Shown here piece after piece: positions 50,028-63,634 of a stretch of DNA of 64,000 bases (position 1 is its first letter; each line of letters starts with the position of its first letter). The notes under the pieces were generated by a model. It saw only the letters and a list, made by a program, of their open reading frames with translations, ran no database searches and had not been told where the DNA came from. The position numbers were made by a program, and so were the translations under genes. Origin of the DNA: Squalus acanthias (lineage: Eukaryota); contig CM059432.1 of the NCBI GenBank assembly GCA_030390025.1, positions 133,674,001 through 133,738,000 on the forward strand, in the 5' to 3' direction.

Positions 50028-50575
50028 TACATAGAATTTACAGCACAGAAACAGGCCATTCGGCCCAACTGGTCTGTGCTGGTGTTTATGCTCCACACGA
50101 GCCTCTTCCCACCCTACTTCATCTCACCCTAACAACATATCCTTCTATTCCTTTCACCCTCATGTACCTATCTAGCTTCCCCTTAAATGCATCAAATGTA
50201 GAACATAAGAAATAGGAGCAGAAGTAGGCCATTCGGCCCCTTGAGCCTGCTCCGCCATTCAATAAGATCATGGCTGATCTGATCTTGGCCTCAACTCCAC
50301 TTTCCTGCCTGTTCCCCATAACCCTTGACTCCCCTGTAGTTCAAAAATCTGTCTATCTCAGCCTTGAATATATTCACTGACTCAGCCTCCACAGTTCTCT
50401 GGGGTAGAGAATTCCAGAGATTCATGACCCTCTGAGAGAAGAAATTCCTCCTCATCTCCGTCTTAAATGGGCAACCAGAACTATGCCCCCTAGTTCTAGA
50501 TTCCCCCACGAGGGGAAACAACCTCTCAACATCTAGCCTGTCAAGCCCCCTCAGAATCTTATATGTTTCAATAAG
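50028..50575 (-). mobile_element. Two adjacent CR1 3' fragments
   Basis: Reads FPLVGESRTRGH...WNSLPQ. Two separate tails at 50028 and 50199. Confidence 0.85.
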
Positions 50576-50724
50576 TTAGGTGTTCATTTGATGGTATCGC
50601 TCAGTGTAATTTCAGACTATGAGCAGCTAATGTTTAAAATTTGTTTAAAGCCATTAAGCAAACCACTGCTGACATTTATGTACTATATGAGAATCATCGT
50701 CATATATTGGACATAAAACACTTT

Positions 50725-51487
50725 GGCCCGTATTTTCCAATCGGAAGCTTCCTGCGTGCGGAGGCCGCCGATCTGGAAAAAATCTACGCCCTTACCCGAG
50801 GGCTCTGGAGGTCCGGCCATTTCTGCTCCTGGGCCTCTGCTCTACGAAATGCGCAGGGCTCACGTAGACCAGGGGCACATGCAGCTCGCAAGCGTCCCTG
50901 GGATCACATGGGCCATGGGGAACCAATGGGAGAAGGGGATCTCCCTTCGTACTTTTGACAGCTTAGACATGTCAAAAGTATGAATGGAGAACACTGAAAA
51001 AACACATCAAAACATTAAATATATTTGTTTTAATTCACATTTTAAAAATTACTTAAAATTACATTAAATTAAATATTTTAAACAAAAATTTAATTTTTGG
51101 AAAAAAAAATGTAAGTTTTTTACGGAGCTAAAAATAAACTTACCTTTTTTAAAAGTATTTTTTAATTATAAATGAGTGGGGAAAAAAATTATTTCTTTTA
51201 ACTTTTTTAAACTCTTGTGCTGGTAAAAGCAGGCCTTACGCCTGCTTTTACCAGGCGTAAGAATTCTAAGGGTTTTCTGCGGGCGGAGGTTCTCCAGAAA
51301 GCGGAACTATCCGCCCGCAGAGGCCCTTCTCCAGGGCAGGCGTCCGATCTGTCAAGAGCTATCTTGGCAGATCGGAAATGCCGGTTTTCAGCGCATGGGC
51401 TTCGCGTGCCTGAAACCGGCACTTGCGAGGTCCCTACAGGTGTACACGCAGCTCGTACACACCCGCAGGGATCGGAAAATACGGGTC
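50725..51487. mobile_element. Harbinger-type MITE
   Basis: TIRs ggcccgtattttcc and ggaaaatacgggtc. Colinear with 21092-21849. Confidence 0.85.
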
Positions 51488-51835
51488 ATAGTTTATACAT
51501 ATGATAAGCCTTTATGACATGTTAATACAACATTTTTAAAACGCTGCAGTACAATTTTGTAGCACAATAAAAAAAAAATCTCAACTGGCAACGTGAACAC
51601 AATGGCCCTGAAACTGCTCGAGCGGCAATTCCGGCAGTTGTACCAGGACTGTGCCAACTAGCGCACTCCAACATTGACCTCCGTCAGAGTTTGTGGGGCC
51701 AGCAATTGCTATTTTAGTGCCCGCCTGGCTCACGTGCCAGGAAACTGGGTGGTTGCACGCCATTGGAGGGGGTTTGCCTAGGCCTGGACACCACCGGTGG
51801 GGCCCACATGCACCATTGTCAGGTCCGTACACCTC

Positions 51836-52561
51836 GGGCTAGATTTTCATTGACCCGTGGAGGCGGGTTTGGAGGCGTGTGGGGGGTTAAAATTGCGAAA
51901 ACTGGCAGGCGGGTACAAGTCCGCCTCCATCCCGCCTCCACGCAATTTTCATTAAATCGTGTCTGCTGGTCCCGACTCCGTCCCGCCTTTAAGAGGCGGG
52001 ATAGACTGTTAAGGCCCTTAACAAGCACTAAATTGGCTCTATAATGCCATTTTGAAAGGCCTTTGTGATTTTAACCCTTGATCTACGTGAAGCACGCCTG
52101 TTCTGAACCACGATTGTGAAACCTGGTGGAAGCACAATTGGATAGCTGACTATCAGCTACAGGTCCACTATTACAACGCAGATGTGATGAAGGTAGCAGT
52201 AGTATTAGGTCTGAAAGTCGCCTCTGATGCTGCTGCATTGAAGGTCATCAGAGACTGCCTGGCCTTTGCTCTCTCGCTCTCTCTCTCAGCAGACTTAGAG
52301 CTGCTGCTCATTTTGCATCCAGGTCCTCTCACAGCAAAGGCCAGGCAGTCTCTGACCTTCAATGCAGCAGCAATGAAGACATCATCAGAGGCGACTTTCA
52401 GACTGAAACCACTAATTGGTTCATGGGTTCCCACATGCTGGAACTCAATTGCCCAATTAGGTGAAAATTGCATCAATCTCCCACATCCAATTGCAGTCGG
52501 GTGGATAACACGAAATGCGGATGACACGACCCTAACCCACCCCAGTATCAAAATCCAGCCC
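51836..52561. mobile_element. Harbinger-type MITE with an internal palindrome
   Basis: TIRs gggctagatttt and aaaatccagccc. Internal inverted repeat at 52210-52270 and 52333-52405. The ends resemble those of 23938-27200 in opposite orientation. Confidence 0.75.
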
Positions 52562-52904
52562 GTTAACTCTCACTGCGTACCGGGCCACCACTGAAATACA
52601 GAATCTCGCACCACCCTCTGGCCTGTTATTGGCCTTGTAAGGGGCAGATGGCAGCGCCCTCCTTGGAAGTCAATGCAGAAACGGGAAGAAATGGTGGAGA
52701 CCCAACAGAATTGGATCTCCCCTATTTCCTTGGTGGTTGCTCAAGTCTCTCACCGAGTGATAGCCAGCAGGTGCCGACAGTTTTAATGTGGAGCGTCATA
52801 ATACAGCAAGTAAAAAATGTAAAACTTACCTTTTGGCTGGCAGCCTCCGACGATCACCTTGAGGACCGTTGGTTAGGTTGCTGAGCACCTGAGAAACTGA
52901 CCCA

Positions 52905-53437
52905 TCTTCCACCCTCCATAAACTTGAGCTCATCCAAAACTCTGGTGCCTGTAACCTAACTCACAGCAAGTCCCGTTCACCCATCACCCCTGTGCTCGCT
53001 GAACTACATTGGCTCCCGGTCCGGCAATGCCTCTATTTTCAAATTCTCATCCTTGTTTTCAAATCCCTCCATCGCCTCACCCCTACCGATCTCTGTAACC
53101 TCCTCCAGCCCTACAGCCCTCCGAGATCTCTGCGCTCCTCCAATTCTGCCCTCTTGCGCATCCCCGATTTTAATCGCTCAACCATTGGTGGCCGTGCCTT
53201 CTGTTACCTAGGCCCTAAGCTCTGGAATTCCCTCCCTAAGCCTCTCCACCTCTCTACCTCTCTCTCCTCCTTTAAGATGCTCTTTAAAACCTACCTCTTT
53301 GACCAAGCTTTTGGTCATCTGCCCTAATATTTCCTTATGTGGCTCGATGTCAAATTTTGTTCGATAACGCTCCTGTGAAGCGCCTTGGGACATTTTACTA
53401 CATTAAAGGCGCTATATAAATACAAGTTGTTGTTGTT
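52905..53437 (+). mobile_element. L2-like LINE 3' fragment
   Basis: ORF 52992-53327 reads LAELHWLPV...GGRAF...PKLWNSLP...KTYLF. Tail (ttg)n. Confidence 0.88.
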
Positions 53438-53536
53438 GGTGTGCACGGCGTGTGCTGCGGCCATTCGTAGACCAATTTGGCAAAGGGGCCTGAAACAGGC
53501 ACTAGGCCCCCGATTTGCATATGCAGTAGGCTCAAC

Positions 53537-53853
53537 GGGCAACACGGTGGCATAGTGGTTAGCACTGTTGCCTCACAGCGCCAGGGACCCAGGTTCGAAT
53601 CCGGCCTCGGGTGACTGTCTGTGTGGAGTTTGCACATTCTTCCCGTGTCTGCGTGGGTTTCCTCCGGGTGCTCCGGTTTCCTCCCACAGTCCAAAGATGT
53701 GCGGGTTAGGTTGATTTGGCTATGATAAATTGACCCTTAGTGTTAGGGGGATTAAATACGTGGGGTTACGGGATAGGGTGGGATATGTGTCAGTGCAGGC
53801 TCGATGGGCCGAAATGGCCTCTATCTGCACTGTGGGGATTCTGTGATTCTGTG
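53537..53853 (+). mobile_element. HE1-type V-SINE
   Basis: tRNA-like head with A and B boxes. V-domain gtggagtttgcac...gcgtgggtttcctccgggtgctccggtttcctccc. CR1-like tail. Confidence 0.9.
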
Positions 53854-54362
53854 AACGCCAGTTTCAGGTGCATGCCCTGGACGCCTACTGAGCAACCCAA
53901 ACCAATATGGTGGGTGGTGCACGTCTGGTGCAGAATGAGCGTGCCCAAGTCATATGCCATACTGGACTCTTAGGTGCCGGTTTTACACCTGTAAAACACA
54001 ATTTCTAGGCCAAGGTGTTTACAATTTCTCAACAGGAGACATTTTCATCAATGTATTTACAATTTCACAGCACACAGCAACAAGAAATCTTGTCCCAGTG
54101 TTTTTCTGGTAGTGAAGCAATGGTAATCCAGGCATTTACTACCAATGTACTGACAGGGTATGATCTGCTTTCAGTTTAATGGTAGATCAATAATTAATAA
54201 ACTCAGCCATCCTATCCAACCCATGTCGCATCCATTAACTACCTTAATAATTCTCCACCTTTGCAAATCAGATTACCATTGTCCCTGTTGCCAGTAAGTT
54301 CTTGAAAAAAAAATGAGTTAAAGAAAAGGCTAGGAAACTAAAACTTGGCGATGCAGAGACAT

Positions 54363-55145
54363 GGGGGCGATTTTGCCAGCCCTAGGGAGGCGGGTTTGGA
54401 GGCGGGACTGCTGGGAAAATGGCAGAATCTGGGGGCGAGTACCCACCCGCCCCCCAATCCGCCTCCGTGCCATCTTCCCAGGAGGCGGGTACCCAACCCA
54501 CGCCGGGTCCCGTCTCCTGGAGGCGGGAAGGGGATTACAGCCACTTAACTGCCTTTAACAGGTAGTTGACAGGCAGTTACGAGGATTATCCCAATTTTTC
54601 CAACAGGGTCAGTGAGGCAAGCAGTGGGTCTGTGGGGGTTGGAGGGGTCCAAAAGTGCGCTGTGGAGGTGAGTGATGGGTGCAAGTGTGGCGAGGTAAGT
54701 ATGTGAGGTGAGTGAAAAGTGTTACAAAAAGTTTCCTTACCTTTGTTTCTTCCTGCAGGCTTCAATCGTTGGGGAACCGGAGACTCCGGCATCTCCACGG
54801 CAGAGATGACAGAATGGCTGCTGCATTCTCTGATGCAACAGCCATCTGCTTTCTGCTCAGAAATTAGATTTGGTGAGTCTTGAATACAAGGACTCACCAA
54901 ACAACAGAGAATGTCAGTGTTTGACAGCTTCACAGAGCTGTCAAACGATGACAGTTCATCTGTCAAAAATTTTTGACAGATGAAACGTCATACGCTGACG
55001 TTCTCTGTCACCGGCTTTCCCTTAATTGGCCTGCTAAGCCCGCTGGGAAATGAAGGGAAAATAACCAGACGTCGATGGAGGCGGGACTAAAACCCAACGA
55101 GCAGCAGTCCTGCCTCCAACGCGCCCCCACTGGCAAAATCACCCC
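54363..55145 (+). mobile_element. About 800-bp Harbinger-type non-autonomous element, copy 1
   Basis: TIRs ggggcgattttgcca and tggcaaaatcacccc. Probable CAT TSD. Confidence 0.85.
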
Positions 55146-55910
55146 CATATATTCGCGAAGATTAAAGTGATGAAAACAGATGAGGGAGGCCATTCAGCCC
55201 ATCTACGTTCTTTAAACCTAAAATCCCCCATCACAGCGTCTAACTGCTTCTTGAATGACTCTGCTGCTGGACGAAGTTGTAAAGAAATATATTCCACAAT
55301 AAGCCCCACAATAGCCTCGACCTCAAAGATCTGTATGAAAAATAAATATGCTGTGAGCAGATTCATACTGGATCTGTGATACTGAATCCAACTTCAACTT
55401 GAACTAAATACCACCAATGAGCATTTCGTCCTCATTCTGTCTCCAAATTATTTGAATCTCATCATGACAGCAGAAAATATTATCACCAACTACAAGTATG
55501 CGTAGGTGCTGTAAATTAGTGATCAATACAACAACAACAACTTGCATTTATATAGCGCCTTTACCATAGCGAAACGTCCCAAGGCGCTTCACAAGATCAT
55601 TATAAGACAATATTTGACACCGAGCCACATAAGGGGATATTAGGACAGGTGTCCAAAAGCTTGATCAAAGAGGTAGGTTTTAAGGAGAGTCTGAGATTAC
55701 ATGGTCCCGAGGTAGGAGCGAGCGACATTGCGGTCGCAAGTGAGGCTCTCACCAAATGCGTTGTTGGTGTTGGGAAGCCTGCAACTGAAGTGATTGTTTT
55801 AATAGCCCCCAAAATGAATCTAGAACAAATACTGAAGGAATGCAGGTCATTCACAAGGGTGTTATTAATCCTATGTTACCGGTAAATTGCCTGACATCAC
55901 TAAAACACAT

Positions 55911-56098
55911 TGGAGGCAATTTTAACCGAACTCGCCAGGCGGGAATCCCACGGGATCGGGTGTAACGCCGGTTTTACACCCCGCCCAATATTACTCTCCA
56001 CTGGCTTCAATGGAGAAAGAAATTGTGCGGGGTTTAAACCAGTGTTGCATCCAATCCCATCAGATTCCTGGCGGGCAGCTTAGGTTAAAATTGCCCCC
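55911..56098. mobile_element. Short MITE
   Basis: TIRs ggaggcaattttaacc and ggttaaaattgccccc. Confidence 0.7.
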
Positions 56099-56175
56099 AA
56101 TTATTGTCCTTAAACAAACTTCAAGCCAGGATGCTTGATCGCATTCCCAATTTTTGGAATTAATCTCAAACACGA

Positions 56176-57010
56176 GGGGCTGGATTTTGCTAGCTCTTTG
56201 GAGGCGGGACTGCCGGGAAAATGGCAGAATTTGGGGGCGGGTGCTCAACCCGCCCCCAACCCGCCTCCGTGCCATCTTCCCAGGAGGCGGGTAGCCGTCC
56301 CGTGCTGGATCCCGTCTCCTTGGAGGCGGGAAGGGATTACAACCGCTTAACTGCCTGTTAACAGGGAGTTACCAGGCAGAAAATAGGATTATCAACATTT
56401 TGCCCACACAAGTGTGGGCTTCCCGAAGGCTCCGAACCCCACCAGGGTCACCGAGGCGAGTAGTGGGTCTGCGGGGGTCTGCGGGGTGCAAAAGTGTGCT
56501 GTGGAGGTAAGTGATGGGTGCAAGAGTGGAGAGGTGAGTATCTGAGGTAAGTGTAAAGTGTTAGAAAAAGTGTACTTATCTTTGTTTCTTCCTGCAGGTT
56601 TCAATCGGTGGGTATGCAGAGAGTCTCGCACCTCCGCGGTAGAGATGACAGATGGCCATTGCATTCTCCAACGCAACAACCATCTAATTTCTGCAAAAGA
56701 AAGAGGTTTGATGAGGTCTTGAATTCAAGAACTCATCAAACTACAGAGAATGTCAGTGTTTGACTGCTTCACAGAGCTGTCAAACGATGACAATTCATCT
56801 GTCAAAAATTTTTGACAGATGAAACATCATACGTTGACGTTCTCTGTAACCGGCTTTCCCTTAATTGGCCTGCCAAGCCTGCTGGGCGAGCTTAACAAGG
56901 TCAATCAAGGGAAAATAGCGTGAGTTGGCCAGAAGTTGATGGAGGCGGGACTGAAACCCGACAAGTGGGAGTCCCGCCTCCAAAAGCTCCCCATTGGCAA
57001 AATCCAGCCC
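56176..57010 (+). mobile_element. About 830-bp Harbinger-type non-autonomous element, copy 2
   Basis: TIRs gggctggattttgc and gcaaaatccagccc. Colinear with copies 1 and 3. Confidence 0.88.
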
Positions 57011-57139
57011 CACAGATGTAAAATTTTAAAGTCAGTGTTTATGTTCAAAATAGTAGGAAAACACCAAGTGCATCTGCTCCTTGGGTGCCTTTTTGCATTG
57101 GATCCTCTCTCTGTACCAGGGATCACCGTGATGGCAGAT

Positions 57140-57595
57140 AAAAAAGAAAAAAAAAAGTCTTGCATTTATATAGTGCCTTTCACGACCTCAAAAGGAATCT
57201 TCAATGGCAGAAAGTAAGAGAAACACCAGGAATTTCTCTTACTTTACAGCCAATTAGCTAATTTGCGCACAGCAAGCTCCCACAAACAGGAATGTGATAA
57301 TGACCAGATTATTTGTTTTTAGTGATGCTGGTTGAGGGATGAACAGTGGCCAGGACACCGGGGAGAACTCCCCTGCTCTTCTTCGAACAGTGCCATGGGA
57401 TCTTTTACGTCCACCTGAGATAGCAGACAGGGCCTCGGTTTAACGTCTCATCCAAAAGACGGCACCTCTGACAGTGCAGCACTCCAATGGAGTGTCAGCC
57501 TAGGTATTGTACTCAAGTCTCTTGAGTGGGACTTGAACTCAGAACCAGCTGACTCAGAAGCAAGAGTGCTACCCACTGAGCCAAGGCTGACACAT
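57140..57595 (-). mobile_element. SacSINE/DeuSINE-type SINE
   Basis: Reverse complement of the 20798 and 62325 family. Confidence 0.85.
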
Positions 57596-58324
57596 AATGG
57601 AATCATTTGAAAGCAACAATTTTGCTTTTTTGGTTACAAAACTGCAAAGGTAAATTTTACAATTAGTATTAGAAATATTGAGGGGAAAAAACACTGGATT
57701 CAATGAAGCCAAAAAACTAAAAGTGCTAAATTCAGGAAAAAATAAACACCAAAACTGGAAATTATTGATTGTTGAGGGATCCAATGCAGGAAATGCTTCA
57801 AACAGTTTGCCATAAGAAACAAGTTTTATCAGATTTGACCTCTGACTAACAGCAACAATTCATTAAAGTTGGATTATCAATGTGACAGGAAAAACATCCA
57901 ATCTGACATTATTTTGAATATATTTACAATAGTGAATTAATTAAATGTTCCATGTTTGATTACATTAATAGTATTACTCTGGAGCTTGTTTTCAGGATGT
58001 GGTTAAAACAATTAAAATGCCTGTGTTTAATTAAAATCCCACTAAATTATTTCAGCATGCACAGTGCGCCGTTATCGGAAACTGAACTAAACATAAGTGA
58101 TGTTTAGCACGTTATCGGAGGCACTGAATTTATCCTCTGAAACAGCCACCAAAATCTCATGTTCAGCAACAACACTGTGTCGTACAGTGCACATCACTGA
58201 ATCCTACCGTGCTTTCTGGAAAATGTGCTCCTGCCCACCACCCAGCTGATCAACGCACCTGAAGATCACTTAACTTTAACTGATTACCATGAGAATGGGT
58301 CTGGCTTATCTCAAACTGAGAATA

Positions 58325-59925
58325 ATAGAATCATACACAGGAGGCCATTCGGCCCATCGTGCCTGTGCCGGTTCTTTGAAAGAGCTATCCAATTAGTCCC
58401 ACTCCCCCTACTCTTTCCCCGTAGCCCTCTAAGTTTTTTCTATTTAACTATACATCCAATTCACTTTTAAAATTTACAATTGAATCTGCTTCCACCGCCC
58501 TTTCAGGCAGTGCATTCCAGATCATGAAACTCGCTGTGTAAAAACATTTCTCCTTATCTCCCCTCTGGTTCTTTTGCCAATTATCTTAAATCTGTGTCCT
58601 CTGGTTACTGACCCTCCTGCCAGTAGAAACAGCTTCTCTCTATCTACCCTATCAAAACCTCTCATAATTTTAAGCACTTCTATCAAATCTCCCCTTACCT
58701 TACTCTGCTCGAAGGAGGGCAATCCCAGCTTTTCTAGTCTCTCCACATAACTGAAGTCCCTCATCCCTGGTACCAATCGAGCAAATCTCCTCTGCCTTGG
58801 CATACTTCCTAAAGTGTGGTGCCCAGAATTGGGCACAATACTCCAGCTGGAGCTTAACCAGTCATTTATAAAGATTTAGCATAACATCCTTGCTTTTGTA
58901 CTCTCTGGGCGCGATCTCGCCAGCCCTGGGGAGGCGGGACTGCGGGAAAATGGCAGAATTTGGGGGCGGGTGCCCAACCTGCCCCCAACCCACCTCCGTG
59001 CCATCTTGCCAGGAGGCGGGTAGCCGACCCGCACCGGGTCCCGTCTCCTTGGAGGCGGGAAGGGGATTAGTGTCACTTATCTGCCTGTTAACAGGTAGTT
59101 AACAGGCAGATAAGAGGATTATCCCCATTTTACCCACACAAGTGCGGGCTTCCCGAAGGCTGCGAACCCCGCCAGGGTCACTGAGGTGAGCAGTGGGGTG
59201 CGGGGGTCGGAGGGGTGCAAAAGTGCACTGTGAAGGTAACTGATGGGTGCAAGTGTGGAGAGGTAAGTATGTGAGGTAAGTGGAAAGTGTTAGTAAAAGT
59301 TTACTTACCTTTGTTTCTTCCTGCAGGCTTCAAGAGTTGGGTATGCGGAGAGTCTCGCACCTCCGCGGCAGAGATGACAGATGGCTGTTGCATTCTCCAA
59401 TGCAGCAACCATCTAATTTCTGCTAAATAAAGAGGTTTGATGAGTCTTGAATTCAAGAACTCATCAAACTACAGAGAATGTCAGTGTTTGACAGCTGCAC
59501 AGAGCTCTCAAACAATGACAATTCCTCTGTCAAAAATTTTTGACAGATGAAACGTCATACGCTGACGTTCTCTGTAACCGGCTTCCCCTTAATTGGCCTG
59601 CTAAGCCCGCTGGGCGGGCTTAACAAGGTCAATCAAGGGAAAATAGCGTGGGTTGGCCAGAAGTTGATGGAGGCGGGACTAAAACCCGACAAGTGGGAGT
59701 CCCGCCTCCAAAAGCTCCCCATTGGCAAAATCCAGCCCTCTGCCTCTAAAGCCAAGGATCCCGTATGCTTTTTTAACAGCCTCATCAACATGTCCTGCCA
59801 CCTTCAAAGATTTGTGCCTGTAAACCCCCAGATCTCTCTGTTCCTGTACCCCATTTAATATTGTACCATTTAGTCTTTATTGCCTCTCCTCATTCTTCTT
59901 CCCAAAACGTATCACTTCACACCTT
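58325..59925 (-). mobile_element. CR1 3' fragment split by MITE copy 3
   Basis: Reads ERLEKLGL...VTRGHRFK and resumes at 59739. Confidence 0.85.
58907..59738 (+). mobile_element. About 830-bp Harbinger-type non-autonomous element, copy 3
   Basis: TSD TCT at 58904-58906 and 59739-59741. Right TIR ggcaaaatccagccc. Confidence 0.88.
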
Positions 59926-60916
59926 AGCTGTAATTTCTCACCTGAAACTCATTCCTGAGTAGGCACATACACAGATCACAGAGAAAATCTTCCTATGCAA
60001 ATTTAACTAATCCATCAGAAAAGACAGAAGTAAGTGGAAGTGGCAAATTACCCGGAGGAAAACCAAAAGTGAATGAAGCATTTAGAGATCCCAAAGGGGA
60101 GAAATAAATGTCATTCTGACATAAATATTTCAGTACGCATTTAAATTTTTTTATGAAAACTACATGATTTTGTATAAATGCAAATCTCTTATGGCACTGC
60201 TCTTGGTGAGTCAGAGATTCCATAAGAAGAGAGGTATTATGTCAAATAGTATTATCATGGATACTGATTTATCAGCATTGGAGGCCTGGAGTCTTAAGGT
60301 TCAGCAGTATTTTGAGGCGAGTTCCAGGGTCTAAGCACTGGGAAGGGGCTCCCATTGTTCTGGCAACACTGGGAAAGCTACTGGGATCTAGGCTATTTGG
60401 GAGAGAGGTCCTGTGATCTGGGAGTATTGAGGAACAAAGTCCCAGGAACCACGCCGAGTGCAGTCTAAGGACGTATGTGCACTTAAAGGGGGTCCTGGGA
60501 TCAGCACCCGCTTACGTCCTTGCCCATCATCAGCCAGTACCTGTCTTTCCATTCCTCCTCAAAGCAATTACTGAGTTTGCCAACTTACACAATCTTTTAA
60601 TATAAAACTGCCATGAACAAAGTTCATTGTTTACGCAGTTTCCCAGTTTTTAATTTTTTTTAAATTCACTGAACTCCCAACAATAGTTCAGAAGAAAAAG
60701 ATTTTTAACTACATTTCCATTGAGAAAAAAGTAATTAATTCTCAATAAATAATCTTTATGAACAGTTAGAATAAAAAGAACACAGTTGCTGCTAATCACG
60801 GGTGTGTTGACCAAAGATCCTATCTGGCCTAGTAGGAAATGTAATCATAGTTTAAATGACACCTGCCTGAAATAAATCTTTGAGAATTCAATCTTCAGTT
60901 TGTTGGAAAGGCTTTT

Positions 60917-61425
60917 GAAAGAAAGAGCTTGCATTTACATAGCACCTTTCAGAACCTTAAGGTGTCCCAAAGCGCTTCACAGTCAATAGAGTGCTTTGTT
61001 GAAGTGTAGTCACTGTTGTAATGTAGGGAAGCACGACAGCCAATTTGCACACAGCAAGCTCCCACAAACAACAATGAGATAAATGATCAATTGAACTGAT
61101 GATGGTTGAGGGATAAATATTGGCCAGGACACCGGGGAGTGTCATGGGATCATTGACCTGCTGCTCACTAGTTATCCCACAACACAGACTTAAGCACAAA
61201 ATCAAAGCTGACAGTCCAATGCAGTACTAAGGGAGTGCTGCACTGTCGGAGGGGGCCACCTTTTAGATGCGACGTTAAACCTAGACCCTGTCTACCCTCT
61301 CAGGTGGACGTAAAAGATCCCACGGCACTATTTTGAAGGAGAGTAGGGGAGTTCTCCCTGGTGTCCTGGCTAATATTTATCCTTCAACCAACGTCAGTAA
61401 AATAGATTATCTGGTCATTATCCAG
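60917..61425. mobile_element. Two SacSINE-type fragments in opposite orientation
   Basis: Minus-strand 3' part at 60917-61150 and plus-strand core at 61185-61425. Confidence 0.75.
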
Positions 61426-62319
61426 CCTAAGGTGCTTCGGAAATCCCCCTCCAACTGCACATAAAGATTTCCAGTTGAATGGGGTCTTGTTCTTGGTGGA
61501 CCTCTTCATGCTATTCAGAGACTTTCTGCAGTCATACACTCCCATTCGATGTTCCACTTTTGTTTAGCACTTTTGTCCATGGTTAATGACAGCCATTAGG
61601 TGAGCATGCATGCTTCCAAGACCTAAATATAGTTTCACGCTGTTGCAATACTACTTCTGTGAGCAGCCTCTCCTTCTATAAAGCATGGCTGGCTTTCTTC
61701 TCCCAGACCTCCATTATTTTCTGGAATTCAATGCTGGCAGAAACAACGGCAGGCTAATTTAGAGAGGCCAAGTGGCTAATTTCTGGCTAGTTAAGGTCAT
61801 TAATTTCATTATTGCAATTAAGGTCTGATTAAATGCTCACATTTACTACTGTATCAAAAGAGAAAAAGTCCTGCTGATGATAAAGCATATAAAATCAGCA
61901 GTTACTACCAATTTACCACAAAAAATTCTCAAATACCCACCAAGAGGGAAATCCCAGCTCTGAGTTTCAATTAGCCTTGATCTGCCCTCTCATTAATGCA
62001 ACAATTGGTGCAGATAAGCTGCTCGAGAAGTATGAAGTGGACAATCTGACGCACTTCTAATTGCAAAGATCAGCCCAAACATAATTTGTGCTGAAAAACA
62101 GAGGATACCAGAGCAGCAACTTCATGCTAGTTTGCATTACAGTGAATTTTCCGCGAGCTGGCCAAATATCCTCTGGTCCCATTCCGTCACTGTAAGTATT
62201 GTGGGGAAGGACTTGCGGCTGCTCGCTAGTTGTATCCTTTGACCCTGTCCCACTTACCGGGGTCAGATGCGTTTAAATATTTTGGGCGGGCTCTCACAAC
62301 CATTAAGCGCACAGCCATT

Positions 62320-63242
62320 CAGCCATACAGTTGGTAGCACTCTCACCTGTGAGTCAGAAGGTTGTGGGTTCAAGTCCCACTCTCGAGACTTGAGCACAAA
62401 AATCTAGGCTGACACTCCAGTGCAGTGCTGAAGGAGTGCTGCACTGTCGGAGGTGCCGTCTTTCAGATGAAACGTGAAACCGAGGGCCTGTCTGCTCTCA
62501 GGTGGACGTAAAAGATCCTATGCCACTATTTCAAAGAAGAGCAAGGAAGTTATCCCTGGTGTCCTGGCCAATATTTATCCCTCAATCAACATAACAAAAA
62601 CAGATTATCTGGTCATTGCCACATTTCTGTTTGTGGGAGCTTGCTGTGCACAAATTGGCTGCCGCGTTTCCGACGTTACAACAGTGACTACACTTCAAAA
62701 TTACTTAATTGGCTGTAAAGCGCTTTGGAATGTCCGGTGGCTGTGAAAGGCACTATATAAATGCAAGTCTTTCTTTCTTTTTCATTCATTTTTTCTGTCC
62801 TTATTCTTACATTTCCGTTAGTTGGTAGCAGTCTCACCTCTGACTCAGAAGGTTGTGGGTTCAAGTCTCACTCCAGAGACTTGAGCACAAAATCTAGGCT
62901 GACACTCCAGTGCAGTACTGAGGGAGTGCTGCACTGTCGGAGGTGCCGTCTTTCGAGTGTGACATTATACCGTGGTCCCATCTGCTCTCTCAGGTGGACA
63001 GAAAAGTTCTCCCCGGTGCCCTGGCCAATATTTATCCCTCGATCAACATCACTAAAACAGATTATCTGGTCGTTATCACATTGCTGTTTGTGGGAGCTTG
63101 CTGTGCGCAAATTGGCTGTGGCATTTCCTACATTACAACAATGACCGCACTTCAAAAAGTACTTCATTGGCGGTAAAGCACATTGGGACATACTGAGGTC
63201 GTGAAAGGTGCTGCAGAAATTTAAGTCTTCCTTTCTTTCTTA
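62320..63242 (+). mobile_element. Two tandem SacSINE/DeuSINE-type SINEs
   Basis: Copies at 62320-62785 and 62815-63242, each with a B-box, Deu-like core and tail. Confidence 0.88.
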
Positions 63243-63634
63243 TCTTTCCATGCAAACATGTCAGGCTGAGCCTGTAACTATGTCCTCCCGCCAGCGGTGC
63301 TGCAGAATATGCACTCCTTGGGCACTTAACATGCCTGTCTACTCATCCAGCATCACCTTCTTTCTGTTGCCAGTAATATCCCTTTCTGCTCCCTCCAATA
63401 GTTTGCTGTCCTTAATATCCCGGTCGTCCTCAATGCCAAATATGTTCCTCTCCCCTCCCTAAAATGTTACTCTCCCCTCCCTAAAATGTTACTCTCTCCC
63501 TAATGCAGGTCTTCCAAACCCTATTGCTTTCTTCCCACCCCCATATCATCCTCATTTGCATAATATGCCCCTCTGACAACTTATACTGTCTTCTGCCTGC
63601 CGCACCTATCTAACATGAGAATATAAGCCCCTAA

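Noticed and set aside
53537..53610. tRNA genes here and at 20800, 62330 and 62820
   Set aside because: These are tRNA-derived SINE heads that run directly into SINE cores and tails.
55139..55366. Possible upstream OFCC1 exon
   Set aside because: There is an acceptor-like site but no recognisable OFCC1 similarity, and it runs into a CR1-like tail. I found no convincing exon between 46.6 and 64 kb.
63457..63502. Short tandem duplication of ccctaaaatgttactctc
   Set aside because: Ordinary two-copy slippage duplication.
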